DNA of 64,000 nt from NCBI RefSeq assembly GCF_018977255.1, contig NW_024704743.1, positions 81,842,001-81,906,000 on the forward strand. Direction: 5' to 3'. Below are positions 1-12,730 of the stretch, piece after piece (position 1 is the stretch's first letter; each line of letters opens with the position of its first letter). Origin of the DNA: Callorhinchus milii (lineage: Eukaryota). Both the position numbers and the translations under genes were made by a program. The notes beneath the pieces were generated by a model, which searched no databases, had not been told where the DNA came from, and worked only from the letters and a program-made list of their open reading frames with translations.

Positions 1-1089
1 AGGCATACTAGCAGCAGGGTGAGAGATCATTTTATTTTTTCCTCTCTCCGCCCATCCCCCTCCCTCCCCCCAGGTGGAATGCTACTCTCTTATGAAGCAC
101 TCCTCTGCTGAGCCAATGTCCGACAAGCCTCATATCAATTGTGGCATTCAGAGTCAAGTGGCAGGTAACCCTGAGCCCATAACCAACTGGTTTGAAAAGG
201 CAGCAATTTATGTAGCAGGCTATTCCATCCCCTGTATAAAAAAATCTTTATAAAATAAAATGTCCAAAACGTACTGAGGCACAGGTACATTTCCAGTTCC
301 AGTTAGTGCTTGACCTGACAGTACTTTTATTTTTGTGGAAACTGGGAGTTTTCTTGATGCTGCGGATTAAAGACATCTCAGATACAAAAAAAAATCAAGA
401 TTGGTATCACTTCACATTTTCATTCACATATTCAATAGTCGTTCAAGGAAAGATTAATAAATGACAATAAATCTTTGGTTTTGTAAAAAAAAACATAAAA
501 TATCGCAGAATTAAAATCACTGCAGTCTGCTGCCTCACTGGAAATCACTTACACAAAAACTACAGCATCAGCCCATGTTCTGGAAAGGAAAAAACAAGTC
601 CAGTTTAGGCATGGAAGCTTAGTTTGTGAAGCGAGTACAGCCAGACCCATTTACTTTCACCCAGTGAATATGGCTTGGTTCATTCAACAATGCATCAGCT
701 GAGATTGTAATGAAGGGTGAGGAGTGGGTGGAGAAGTCATTTCAAGAGTCCAAATACTAAATCCACCCCACTATCCACAAGCACTGCCAGTGAGGTATTT
801 GTGACACAATCAAGCATTTTGCCCAATGGAAAAAAGTGCAGAGCCATCAAAACAGTCATAATTGTTCCACACAGATTGGTTCTTTCAGCCTGAATTGCAT
901 GTAGAACTACTGTTCTATTTAGTTTCTTTGGCACAACAATATGAACCCTATTGCATTTCTTGAAGTCACAGCAGCAATGATCCATATCCTTTTGGTGGCA
1001 TCACTTTCACTGCATGATACCACCTGATGCTGTAATGTTTTTGTGTGTGTTTATTTTAAACTGAATAATGATACCTGTAAATGTAAACG
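1..1089 (-). other. HAS2: HAS2 3' UTR (end uncertain)
   Basis: Repeat-free AT-rich sequence after the stop; AATAAA candidates at 1054-1049, 331-326 and 36-31; several ATTTA motifs. Confidence 0.6.
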
Positions 1090-2019
1090 TCATACATCAA
1101 TCACCATGTCGTACTGCTGCTCCTTTTTCCGCCGGCAGCATTTGGTGATAAGGACAATATATAGAGTTAACAGCATGACCCAGTAACAGGCATATAGTAT
1201 TGCCCCAATAATGAGAACAGTCTGCTCAGAATCAGAAAAAGAATCTCGGGTTTCATTGTATATTGTGTACATTGCCCCTCCCAGAAGGATACTAAACCAC
1301 ACTGATACTGGGATCAGCCCAATGAAGTTCACCACTATAGTTTTCCTTCCCGACGTCCCCCAACCTGCTTTGTTTATCGTAGCAATGGCAAACATCTTTG
1401 CAGGAAGTAAACTCGACATGTACAGCACAGAGTAAAGAGACATGAAGACCATCACAATGTTGCCTCTCAGACAACTCGCAAAGGAAGATTTGATGAGACC
1501 CACAAACTGGACGGTCAATAGAAACAGAAGAATGTTCCAAATTCTTCCTCTGTAAAAAAGCTGAATAACGGTGGCTATGAGGAAGAAGGGGAAAAATCCA
1601 GTGATCACTGCTTCATACGTCATCCACAGATGGTGTTTATGGAACCAGAGAGAATTGTACAGCCACTCTCTGAAGTAGGATTTGCTCCAGCGGGTCTGCT
1701 GGTTTAACCACCTCAGGTATTGCGTTGGGGTTTCTGTGAGACATTTGGATCTTGCTGTATATTTTGTTGCATACCCTAGGCTCAGGACACGGTTTGTCAG
1801 ATGTCTGTCATCCCCAAAGCTACATTTCGAGCCCAGAAACTCCTGATTGTACCAATCTTCGACAAATTTGTGGAGTAAGCCATTTCTGTACATGCCTAAA
1901 GGCCCACTAATGCATTGCACACAGCCAAAATAGGATTGACAGGCTCTTTCGACGTTAAAGGCCATCCAATACCTTACACTACTAAGGAACGATATCCAGG
2001 AGTCATATTTGTTGAGAAT
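1090..2019 (-). CDS. HAS2: HAS2 last coding exon (exon 4; aa 244-552 plus stop)
   Basis: [28 protein letters not shown]...GDDRHLT...QQTRW (QxxRW motif), TM helices, ending [11 protein letters not shown] acceptor at 2021-2020. The three exons total 552 aa, the length of mammalian HAS2. Confidence 0.97.
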   Translation of the reverse strand: MLNKYDSWISFLSSVRYWMAFNVERACQSYFGCVQCISGPLGMYRNGLLHKFVEDWYNQEFLGSKCSFGDDRHLTNRVLSLGYATKYTARSKCLTETPTQYLRWLNQQTRWSKSYFREWLYNSLWFHKHHLWMTYEAVITGFFPFFLIATVIQLFYRGRIWNILLFLLTVQFVGLIKSSFASCLRGNIVMVFMSLYSVLYMSSLLPAKMFAIATINKAGWGTSGRKTIVVNFIGLIPVSVWFSILLGGAMYTIYNETRDSFSDSEQTVLIIGAILYACYWVMLLTLYIVLITKCCRRKKEQQYDMVIDV

Positions 2020-2213
2020 CTATTAATTGATAGAAAAGAAAAAGTTATTAGTTGATAGTGAGACAATGGCAACTTATTTAACAACTGAATTAATTTAACT
2101 TCTTGGAAACTGTAAAATAATTTGATTTTTTTATTTTGTTTACATTTAAAGAGTCACCATCTTCCTGGAAAAGTGCTCAGCAAATCTTTGTTTAAGACAC
2201 ATAATATGATAAT

Positions 2214-2538
2214 AATAATAATAATAATAATAATCCTTGCATTTGATATAGAGCTTTTCACGTCGGGAGGACGTCCCAAAGCGCTTCACAGAACACACTG
2301 TAAAGTGAATTGACTGTACATTTATGGGCGAACGCGGCAGCCAATTGCGCACAGCAATGTCCCACAAACAGTCGTAGATTGAAAATGACCAATTTTATTA
2401 TTGTTTTTGGTTTTTTGGAGGGATTATTATTAGGCGTGTGGAGTAAGGAAACTTGCCCAAGGTTACGCCCTGTCTGGAATTGAACTCAGGTCTCTTGCTT
2501 GCAAAGCGAGTGCTCTAACCACTGAGCTACAGGACTCC
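2214..2538 (-). mobile_element. Young full-length tRNA-derived SINE (Deu-like core, L2-type tail)
   Basis: Head GGAGTCCTGTAGCTCAGTGGTTAGAGC...GAGTTCAATTCC (pol III A/B boxes); core GCTGTGCGCAATTGGCTGCCGCG; (TTA)n tail; TSD ATGATAAT at 2206-2213 and 2539-2546. Confidence 0.9.
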
Positions 2539-2549
2539 ATGATAATTTA

Positions 2550-2950
2550 GGCCTGGCCCAGTTGGCATCATGCACACACCCGAGTGAGAAACTAATAGGT
2601 TCAAGCCCCACTTTGGGACATTTGAGCTCAAGTCTAGGCTGCCACTGTGATGCAGTGCTGAAGAAGGGACATACTGTATTGTAGGTCTCTTTGTCTTTCA
2701 GATTAAACTGAAGCCCCATCTACTTGCGGGATCCTGCAGCACTATTTGAAAAGAGAAGGGAGTTTCTCCCAGTGTCCTGACCAACAATTGATCATTCACA
2801 CAAATAGTGATTATGGGACATTACTGTGCGCAAATTGGTGGTAGCTTTCATCTACAATACACAGTCACCAAACTTTACAGTAAATCCTGTGAAGTGTGTT
2901 AATACATTTCCAGAATGTAATAAGGTGCTATATTAAATGAAAGGATTATT
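2550..2950 (+). mobile_element. Older Deu-type tRNA-SINE
   Basis: GGTTCAAGCCC B box, GGGAGTTTCTCC and CTGTGCGCAAATTGG core, same tail type; diverged. Confidence 0.7.
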
Positions 2951-3789
2951 TTTAATTTATTATAAAACATAAAAAACATATCACTCCTTGTCTACGCGAT
3001 AACATCATGATAGCAATGATGTACAGCTCATCCAAAGTTCTTCACCTCCCAAACAAGAAATATGACCAAGCACCTTTTAACATTAAAAACAGGAATTCAA
3101 GAAGTGGGAAGGACCACATGGTCAAGCCACTCCTTCCAAAGGACAGAAAAATTATCCGTTAGGGTTCTTGATTGTTATACAAAGACTTCTGTTGGAAAGC
3201 TGAGTGTGATTTTGGATACAGACAAAGCTTGATCATAGAGCCAAGAGAACTTATGTCTAAAAGCATTTTTTGTTTGCCAGATTGTTTCTGGTATATCAAG
3301 TGAGCTGACATTGTTGGTGCGTAATTTGACGTTATACAGCTTGTGATGTACGCAAGGATAAGGAAAAAGAAATCAAATGCCTTGAGCAAGAGAGAGAAGG
3401 AAAAATCTAGCAAACCAAAAATGCTTTTAAACTTAAGTTCTCTGGCTCTATGCTCAAGATTTAAGTACTGCATATTGAAATCCATATCGTCTATGCCTCT
3501 TAGCATAAAGACCTTTATAATATACTATTATGTTTCATCTTCATATTTTTTCTCTGCTAATCTCGATTTATAACTTAAAAGGTCTATTTCAAATATCTGT
3601 CGCATCTAAACACATTCAAGTGAATCAATTTCCTTTTGAAGGTATGGTGGCAAGATATGGACAACATTCTGAATAGGAACATGACTAATCAGATTGAGTG
3701 ATCTGTAAATCTTAAGAGTTATCTTTTGTAAGGTTCTCAATATGAGTTGTTTTGCCAGTTTTCTGCCCTTTTTTTCTGAAAATGCCAAC

Positions 3790-4130
3790 CCTTGCTGTAT
3801 GATACTTCCAGAGGAGCTAGCATCCCTCTTAATACCCCATGTGAGCTGAAACAGTGTTGGTGGGTAATTTGACGTGAAGAGCATCACAGTTGACCCCATT
3901 CTACATACACTTTCCAGAGGGGATAACTGCATAGTGAGCAGAAGTGGGATGCTCAGCTGAATTTTCCCTCCCTAGTCCAGTGGGATTAAGGCCAGATGTT
4001 CACTACAAACTGCTTGCCAGCTCCGATCAATTAAGTTAATTGGACAAAAATTGAAACTACAGCCTTCTTCTTTTGTATGACTTTAGTACATACAGCAGAT
4101 GGTACACATAGACCAGCCACCGGAGAGCTT
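3790..4130 (-). mobile_element. Ancient SINE copy, AmnSINE2-like
   Basis: Reverse complement aligns by eye with the copies at 45880-46245 and 41610-41750; family name from memory. Confidence 0.45.
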
Positions 4131-5444
4131 TGTTGTCAACAGCTTCACATTAGCTGGAATGTTCAACAAATGATTAACATTCAAGAGGATGCTAGACCTT
4201 CACACAAAGTAGTGGGGAATAAATAGAAAGATATGGGAAGGAATAAGGAGTGGGTGGAGACTAGTGTGAAGTATAAACACTCCACACTGGCTGTGCTGAG
4301 GGCCCCATTTCAGTGTTGTAGATGCTTTGTAAATCTTTGTTAATCACCCCCAACTCCTGTTCCTGCTCTTTTTCTAATGGGCGACTCTCCAGTGTGAACA
4401 TTACTGTGTCCTATTCCAATCTGTATTACCCTTTTTAATGCCACTGCCCCATGATGTTAGTGAGTCCTAAAGACTATCAATAATCATGCCCACCGATTTC
4501 ATTCCTTTTATATATCAAGCATCTCTTACCAAATTATGCATTCTACCCAACCATAATTTGGTGGGAGATGTGAAAGGAATTGGGATTGGTTGTAGACCAC
4601 AACTAGTCAACTTACATGGATTCCTGCATCTCAGATTCTAACACTATTCTTTATGATTTCTCAAGAAGTATCCTTTTATCTCGAAATTTAGGTTTAAATC
4701 CATCAAGGTGGAATTAATCTCTTGACTGAGTTGTTTCATAGAATGATGGAACTTTTCAGCACAGAAGAAGGCCATTTGGCCCATCATGGTTTTGCTCTCA
4801 CTACCTATTTAGTCTCCTCTGCATTTTCCCCACACTGGTTTCTATTTTTTTTCTTTTTCCAACTGTTTCTCTAAATCCCTTTTAAAAGCTATTATAATTT
4901 TCCTTCAACCACCATTTTGGACAGAACATTCCTGGTGACTCTTTTAAAACTCCTATATACTCTCCCATTTTATTGAATTTTAAATGTATGTCGTTTGTTG
5001 TCTCACCAATGGAAATAGTTATGTACAATGAACTCAGCCTCATACCAATTCATAGAAAGAGCAGATTCAGAGAACAACATTGACCATTATTCAACAAATT
5101 AGTACTAGGCCATCAATATCATGCAACAGAGCCACAAAAGAGCTCAGTTGGTTACACTCTGGGCAACAACAGTGTCGATTCAAACCCCATATCAAGACTC
5201 AAGAGTTTGTTTATTGGTTTTGGGGCCCTTTTTCAAGCAAAATGGAGGGAATTCTACTGTGTCAGACTCATGTCAGATCTGTCCAGAAATATTTTGATAT
5301 TGATACCATTGTCCAAAGCAGAGAAAGTATTCCTTTTTTTGTACTGACTTTCTTCAGCTGAATGTCTAAGAATTCAAGAAAAGGTTCATCTCAATGGACC
5401 AATTCCAATTCTAGGAAATAACTGAAAAAAGTGCGTTGCTCCTC

Positions 5445-5850
5445 TGAAATTTTGCCCGTCTCTACCTTACCACTGTCACAGCCAAAACCCTCACCCAAGC
5501 CTCACTTTTCCAATGCCCTGATCATGGGCCTCCCCAATTCCTACCTCCACAAACTTAAAGACTGCCATGAATTCCACATCTTCTCCCACACCCATGTTCT
5601 TCAAGCCGATTACCAGCCAGCTCCACTCCATATCTCCTAATAGCATCTAGATTAACTTTAAGATGCTGAGTTTTGCCTTCAAGTGCCTCCAGAGTCTTGC
5701 CCTACTCCCTAACTCAAAAGTTTTCCTGGGTACCTATTCCCTCAACCATTCCCTCTCCTCTGCCAACTATGACCTGCTGTATACCTTCTATAGCTGTGAG
5801 TAGCTTTTCCAATGTTATGGGTGCTATAGAAGTGCAAATTGTTATTGTTG
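5445..5850 (+). mobile_element. Degenerate L2 LINE 3' fragment
   Basis: NALIMGLPNSYLHKL-like remnant and GTGCTATAGAAGTGCAAATTGTTATTGTTG tail. Confidence 0.75.
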
Positions 5851-5853
5851 TAC

Positions 5854-5955
5854 CTGGACATCGCCACCAACACCTCCAACCATTGGATCTTCCTCCAGGA
5901 TCTTAACCATCTCCACGGTTGCAGCAGGGTCTAGCATTGTATCAGAATCACAAAC
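5854..5955 (-). CDS. HAS2: HAS2 exon 3 (aa 210-243)
   Basis: 102 nt, VCDSDTMLDPAATVEMVKILEEDPMVGGVGGDVQ, with the GT2 DxD motif. Acceptor ctgctctcctcAG, donor CAG|GTACAA. Absent from the ORF track. Confidence 0.96.
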
Positions 5956-6527
5956 CTGAGGAGAGCAGAACGAGCTGGTTAACTTCTTAAACAGAACGCT
6001 TTAACAAAGCACTGACTTTAAAACACTGTAAACTGCACCACCTTTATTCAGTAATCACAGAAGTATCTGAAACTACTTGTAGTATTATTAAACATTGGAG
6101 AATCAGATGAGCCGTATGTTATCTGTATTGAATTCATTAACAAATAAAATAAATTGCCATGTCCATTTTCTGAAATGCTGCAACTACCAATGCTGATTGG
6201 ATAATCTCCTGAGTGAGCAAATTGTGATTTTTTTAACAAAAATAGAAGTGATCAGTAATATTCTGCTAATGGCTGTTTACCATTTTATTTGAAACACCCC
6301 TAAGACGTTATCCTACATGAAGGTCACTTTATAAATGCAAGCTGTTGTTATGATAAACAAAAGTTGTTGTTAATTAAGGCATAAAACACTTCTAGTCAAT
6401 TCCTTTTAAAAATAATGGAAAGTTTTTTCAGGAAATGATTTCATCTAGTATATGGTAAAGATAGAGATAGACTTAGCTACCATATTCCCTGCGGTTGAAC
6501 AGCTTGCCGATAGTCATTTTCTAGTCT

Positions 6528-6705
6528 CAATAACAACAACACAACAAAATTACATTTATAGAGCGCCTTTCACATCGGGAGGATGTCCCAAAGCGCTGAG
6601 CAGCCAGGTGTCGGGGTCCGAGCATGGGGGAGGGGTGGTGTAGGGGTGAGGGAAGGCAGAGAGGTGGGAGAGCGACCAAAAGCACGATCGAAGAGTCTCA
6701 TTCTA
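6528..6705 (-). mobile_element. L2 3' end fragment
   Basis: Nearly identical to the L2 3' end at 53962-54120. Confidence 0.85.
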
Positions 6706-7749
6706 GATTGGAAGATTGACAAGTCGAAGATGGAAGGGAACAATGAAAACTGAGATAAAATATTATCTAGAATTACTCAGTAATTTTTCAGACCCATATT
6801 AATTTTACATATGAAGACTTTCAGTGATAATTAAGCTTACCTCTATCATATATTCAAGCAAACATCTCTTCGTGCACATGTGAAGCACATAGTACAGTAA
6901 GTAAGTCTTACACTGGGGCTCATTAACGCCACAAAATTCTCACTAATGGGAAAACTTTTGGTTGCCTTTCACTCTGTATAAGTGGAATGAATAACCCCGC
7001 TGAAACCTGGCTTGTATGTTGGGATTCTAATGTGAGGGTTGATATAAATTAAATGGTGATTCAGTGAAAGGTAATTGGGCAAAATATGCTCCTGTTGTGT
7101 CCAGGACTTTTGCTTCTGGAACTGGTTTGGTTTTGGTCTGAAAATAATTATAACTCAATTACTGCTTAGTGAAGCATCCAATTTGACTTTTATATATAAT
7201 GTATACACCCAGACATATAGAAGTTTTATCCATTCCAAAAAGCACCACATCACATATCACGCTTAGACTAATTTGTGAGACTGAGTGACGTAGTTACATC
7301 AAACATTTCGCTATTGCACACATCTCTGTTTTGATTCAGAACAAGACTGAGATGAGCTTAATTACAGTGCAACAAAATGAACGTTGTTGCTGCTGATGAT
7401 AAAGGGATTTGACAACTGAAATGTGAAGAGTGATAGAGACCCAGTTCAGATCACACTTAATATTCCTCATGATCCGAGGAGAGGGTTCCTCTCTCCCCAA
7501 AGACCTGCTCACTTTCAAGCTGAAGGGTCCTGGGAGACCCTAGGATATAAGACGTCTCAAGAACAAAGAATGAAATGTATATGCACCCTGAGGGCCTCTG
7601 CGAGTGAATTTCTTTTATTTTAGCCTTGGAACAGTGCATTATCTTAAAATAAGGTTTACACACTGCAGCGAGCTGGTTAATCTAGAGAGTGGTTGCTCGG
7701 GATTCATTTTTAATCAGAATCAAGCTAAAGACTTATCTGGTAGTGGTTC

Positions 7750-8050
7750 AGTGGGAGCTTGCCAGACAGTGCTCTTAATGACAAACAATATTAATTTAGT
7801 AGTTAAACTCTAGTGGTATCCCAATGTATACTCTGGGGTACCCAAGCCATGGCTCTTGCCAACCTGTGCGTAATACTCTCCAGAATTAGGTAAGCAGGGT
7901 GCATCCCTCCAGAGAATGTGCATTCACAGGAACATTTCCACATGTAGGTTGAAATGTGGAACTCTTAGTCTGCTTTGGATACATTTTAACATGGTGATGG
8001 TTTTCCACATGTGTGAGTCCAAAATAAATCAGTTGACCAAAATAAAAAAA
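7750..8050 (+). repeat. Unclassified dispersed repeat, copy 1
   Basis: Shares GAATTAGGTAAGCA, TTTGGATA and ATGGTGATGG blocks with 42880-43232, 31560-31860 and 48618-48860. Confidence 0.75.
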
Positions 8051-8667
8051 AATTCACAAAATTAAGATCAATTAAAAAACTGTACAAGACGGAACACGTT
8101 TCGTGATATGCATTTCTGGGCCAGTCATTGAATGAAGACTTCCTTCAAAATCCCTCCTCTTTGGAGGTGGATTCAAAATTCAGTTCAAGGAAAGTAGATA
8201 AAAATCTCTAGTAACCCAATGAGATTTAATAATGTGATCTGTAGTGGAGACACATCCTTGAACTGCCTTTTGAGTTTGATGTTGTGTTTACCAAGTTTGG
8301 ATCAAGGACAAGAACATTAACTGGGTATTGTTTTGGGACTACTTTATAGATTACTTTACCAGGTTAATTAAAAGGAACTCCAGTCTACTGATTATCCTTC
8401 CCTCATGCCTCCAAATCGAGAGCTAATTGGATCATAAGGAACATGTGAAAAAGAAACCTTTGCAACACCTTTTGTATACACAGTTCACATCACCTCATTT
8501 CATGAGGTCAATTCATTTTAAAATATTTATCCAATGTTGCTAGTCATTCAAAGGCAGGGTAACATGTGCTGTGTTTACAAAATGCCAGAGTGAAGGACTC
8601 TTCTGTACACGAGGTCCAAGTGGTCTCCCTATTTGACTTGGAACTGTTCCAGAATGCTGGTGCTTAC

Positions 8668-9294
8668 CTGCACGTAATCCACAGTGCAGCCCAGTGCTCT
8701 GAACGCAGTGTACATCACTTCTCGTTTCCCTCCCCATTTCTGCATGATGCAAACACTCTTATTTGCCCTGATCAGTGCCGTCACATGGTCCATGCTCTCT
8801 CTATGCAACTCATCAGTTTCACCCAGGCCCTTCTCGTGATAGTTACTCTTCCAGATGTAGGTAGCCGATCGATCCCTTCCCATGACTTCGCTAAATATGT
8901 CCATCATGTAAATATCCTCTTCCGCATTTCCATCTATAACCATGATGACATTCATCCCCGGGTAGGTCAGCCTTTTCACAGATTGCAAGCACTTCCGTAG
9001 GTAATGAGGGTCTTCCTGGTAGGCAGCGATGCATAGAGCAACTGACTTGTTCAGCTTTATGGGAGTTTCCAAAGATCGCTTCATTTTTCTGTGTTCCAAG
9101 AAAGCGAAGAGGCTTTGAATGATCAAATGCAAGACGAGGATGGCTCCATACATTCCAAAGGAGAAATAATAATTGTCTGTGGCTATGAACTGATAACCCA
9201 CGATGTAAGCAGCTGCAATGCCCAGGAGAAGAGCCAAGCCGAACAGGGTGGTCCCCACTATCCTCAGGATGGAAGTCACATTTTTACAACGCAT
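8668..9294 (-). CDS. HAS2: Hyaluronan synthase 2, first coding exon (exon 2; aa 1-209)
   Basis: Translates MRCKNVTSILRIVGTTLFG...AAYQEDP...IDGN...QKWGGKREVMYTAF...DYVQ, closely matching vertebrate HAS2. AG acceptor (9296-9295) lies immediately before the ATG; CAG|GTAAGC donor at 8667; 627 nt, phase 0. Confidence 0.97.
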
Positions 9295-12200
9295 CTGCAA
9301 CAATATAAGTCAAGGCATTTAGTTTCCAGTGGCAACTATAAAATACAATCAATGAGTAACTCTTTACTTGTCATACTAACAAGACGCGCGCACACACACA
9401 CACGATTTCAACAGACATGTGTTTTATGCAAAATCCCTTTTGAAGGAAATCCTGTATTCATTCTAATAATGGTCTGCGAGTGTCTGATTGACTGTCTGCT
9501 CTCTTGGTCATGTTTCTATTTAGTCAATGTTATATTCACAAAGATACGAATCTCAAATACCATCACATGTTATTGAAACCAGAATATGCCCAGCACAGTT
9601 CGAGATCGCCCATGCTTTGACATACCTGAGCATATCTGGCCTTTGTCAGCTGGTAAATGGTAATGGATGAGACAGGAGATGGCCCTATAGAGTATTATTT
9701 TCTCCTTCAGTGTCAGTGAGCTGAATAGTGAAAGGTCAGAAACTGCAGTCTGAAGTTGTTGCATGTCTGGCTCGTGTATTTATTACACGTTGCTCCCTGC
9801 TAGTATGTTTGTTTTTCCATTTGTCTCTGTTTATGTTACTTTTAGGAGACAGTGCTCGTTCTGTTGATTCGTGTACACTGGATTTCCTGACAACGATTTA
9901 TAATCAGACTCGCACAAATAGTGCCCAATAGAACCTTTCAAAAGTGGACATGTGAAACCTCACAAAGCTTCCTGACCAGTTCTATACTAATCCGACCAAT
10001 GTCATTGAGGCCCTTTGGCCCATTTACAACTTAGCCGTGCATATAAAATGTTATAAAATGTGGTTGGGACAGTTGACAATTTACTCTCTCCCCCAAATCT
10101 TACATTTTCTGGCAGCGTAAAACTGTTTCACAACAACAACTTGGATTTATATAGCGCCCTCCACGCCGGACGGCGTCTCAGGGCGCTTTACTACCCCCAC
10201 CCCCTCACAACACACACACACACACATTGGCTCTGGACTCAACTCATTATTCAACATAAGCTACAATTAGTCTTGGAACATTTTATATTTTGGGTTTTCC
10301 TCCCCCTCCTCCCATTGGATAGTTTACAGTTTCCAAAGACTTTTGTATTTGTTTCAATTAGGTCTTAAGTTAATTTTCAATGTCCCATCTGTTGACCAGA
10401 ACCAATTCCAAATGCCGCCCTCTTACATCACTTATTGATAAATCTCAAGTCAGGGTTGTGAACAGAGGTATGTCACTGCTCCCGCCTGTTGCCATACAGA
10501 ATGGGGTCCAATTTGTACACCAGCACGGTTTCCATTACCTAATACAGACAAGATTAGATCCAGGAACAATTAGAATACTGTTATTATCTATAATAGATGT
10601 GCTGAAAGCCAGTGGGTTTGGAAATAATGGCTCATAAAAAAAATGTAAAACACCAAGTATGGTTCTTTAATAAATAACAGGATCGTTACAAGTAAAATAC
10701 AATCTGTTGCTATTATCTTAAAAGGGTGTTTAATGTCATAATTTTGAACATAGGTCAAAAATCCAGAAACAGCGATAGTAATACTTATTACCATAATCGT
10801 TTACCATAAATAATAATCTTTGCATTTGCTTTAGCACCACTCGCGTCAGACGGAGGGCTCCATGCACTTCACGTGATGTACTGTGATGTGTAGTGACTGT
10901 GTAACGTTTGTTGCTGTGGGTGTGTGAGTGTGTGTGCAGAGCAAAGTCCCAGGCTGACCACAGAGGCAGGCGATTACACGTGCCCTGGCCTTCCTTCCTT
11001 TTGAAATGAAGTTACAAAAGGAAATGAAAACAGACAGCAGAATAAAACACTGCCAATAGGTGGTAACATCAGTGGCTGAGGGTCAGAGCTGCTCCGCACC
11101 GTTTGTTCAGTGGAGCAGCTCATTCTTTCCTACATCATTTGTCTTTTATTGGTCTTAAGAGAAATCATCCTTGTGCCATCAGCTCCCTCCCTACATCAGA
11201 GCCGCTGGGAGAAGCGTGACTCAATATGCCTTACTAATGCGGAGAACTGCGTAAAAACAAGTTATGTTAACGAATACATCTCTAAAAGGAATTCTTCATT
11301 GCCAAAGTACAGGCCAAACCCTTTCACTTGCTGAAGGCACAGCCATGAGCCTGTCAACGCCTGACCACGACACGAACCATCACGGCGTTAGAAGAACGAA
11401 CAGGAAAGTTGAAGCTCAACGAGATACAGATTTCAATGTTTTCAGTGACGAGCATTGTACAACCGCGCTGTTTAATTCAAGCTTTAAGGGCAGGCTGTGC
11501 GGTGCGGTTTAGCCCTCATTGCTTTGATGCAGCCGGATGCAAAATCGTCCTTGAATAACCGAGACCTGGTGGGTCATGAAGGTAAATGGCAACTGTTTCA
11601 GAGTGCAGTGTGCAATATCCTCTGGTTAAACATTTGTTTCCAGTTTGCAATACCACCTAGAACACTACGTGGGGTTATTTGAGGTGGACGCCACTCCTTT
11701 TGGCTATTTTCCCTCCTCCCCAAATAACGTTTGCCAAACATTTATTTCATGAAGTCGGCGCCCCTTGGACCGTTTCTACAATCACATCTATAACCACGAT
11801 GACCTATTGACAAAACTCACGTTAAAACCTCCATACATCAGGCGCACATTGGTGCCAGTCAATGAATTGGAGCAACATGAAACAAATCCCTAGCACAATA
11901 AAAGCAACCCTTTCTTCGCTACAGACAGATAGGAGTTTCAATTCTGCAATCGGTGCTGTAATAGGGGCCATTGTTTGTGATTAGTTTTGAAAACAATATT
12001 TATGTTCCTTTTTAAATGCCTGAGGAGGTTGGAAACGTTTCTGTTTGCCATGGATGAGGAGAGGGACAAGAGAATAGTATTTGCCCTCACACAACGAAGC
12101 TGAAGATTGATAATAAAGGGTTTGTAATTGTGTTTGGTTACAGCAGGTTATCGCTTTCCGCCTGACTCTAAATTGCCCCGCTGAAAGCCAGCCAAGTCCT

Positions 12201-12577
12201 TTTAATATTGTTCAAATCAAGTTACACAGGTAATCACAGCCATCTGGAAACACCAACCCCGCTCTTTAAACTTAACGCTCCCACCGCACAGATGGGAGGG
12301 GTTTAAGGGTTACATCTGGAACTGATTTACTGAACTAACGGAGCAACTATATGGGAAGACGCTGCAACTTGCATGTTAACTATCATTTTAAACAATAAAA
12401 AATAAAATCTACAACCTATAAATGCCAAATATTGCCTCCAGATATGAGGCAGGGATTGAATATGTGTGAATGACATGTCAATGACATGTAACGTTTTAGT
12501 GTCCTCGTCATTCAGTTTGCTCCTCTGACCCTAATCTGAATACTGTCTGCAGAACTTCCTTATACTGTATATCCACC

Positions 12578-12730
12578 ACTGTTTGTGGGACACTGTTGTG
12601 TGCAATTGGCTGCCCCATTTCGCTCACAAATATACAGTCAATTCACTTTACAGTCTATTCTGTGAAGCGCTTTGAGACGTCTAGAAGACGTGAAAAGCAC
12701 TATATCAAATGCAAGAATTATTATTATTAT
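12578..12730 (+). mobile_element. 5'-truncated young SINE
   Basis: Core and tail as in 2214-2538, with a TAGAA loop variant. Confidence 0.85.

Noticed and set aside
2466..2538. tRNA-like sequence (also 18374-18446)
   Set aside because: It is the SINE head: poor acceptor stem and continuous with the SINE body and TSDs.
1090..9294. Assignment as HAS1 or HAS3
   Set aside because: The N-terminus, SLETPIKLNK segment, QQYDMVxDV C-terminus and 552-aa length fit HAS2.
9295..9303. ORF-track N-terminal extension MLQ of HAS2 (and the tail past 8668)
   Set aside because: These are intronic bases: the acceptor TTGCAG and sequence beyond the GT donor.
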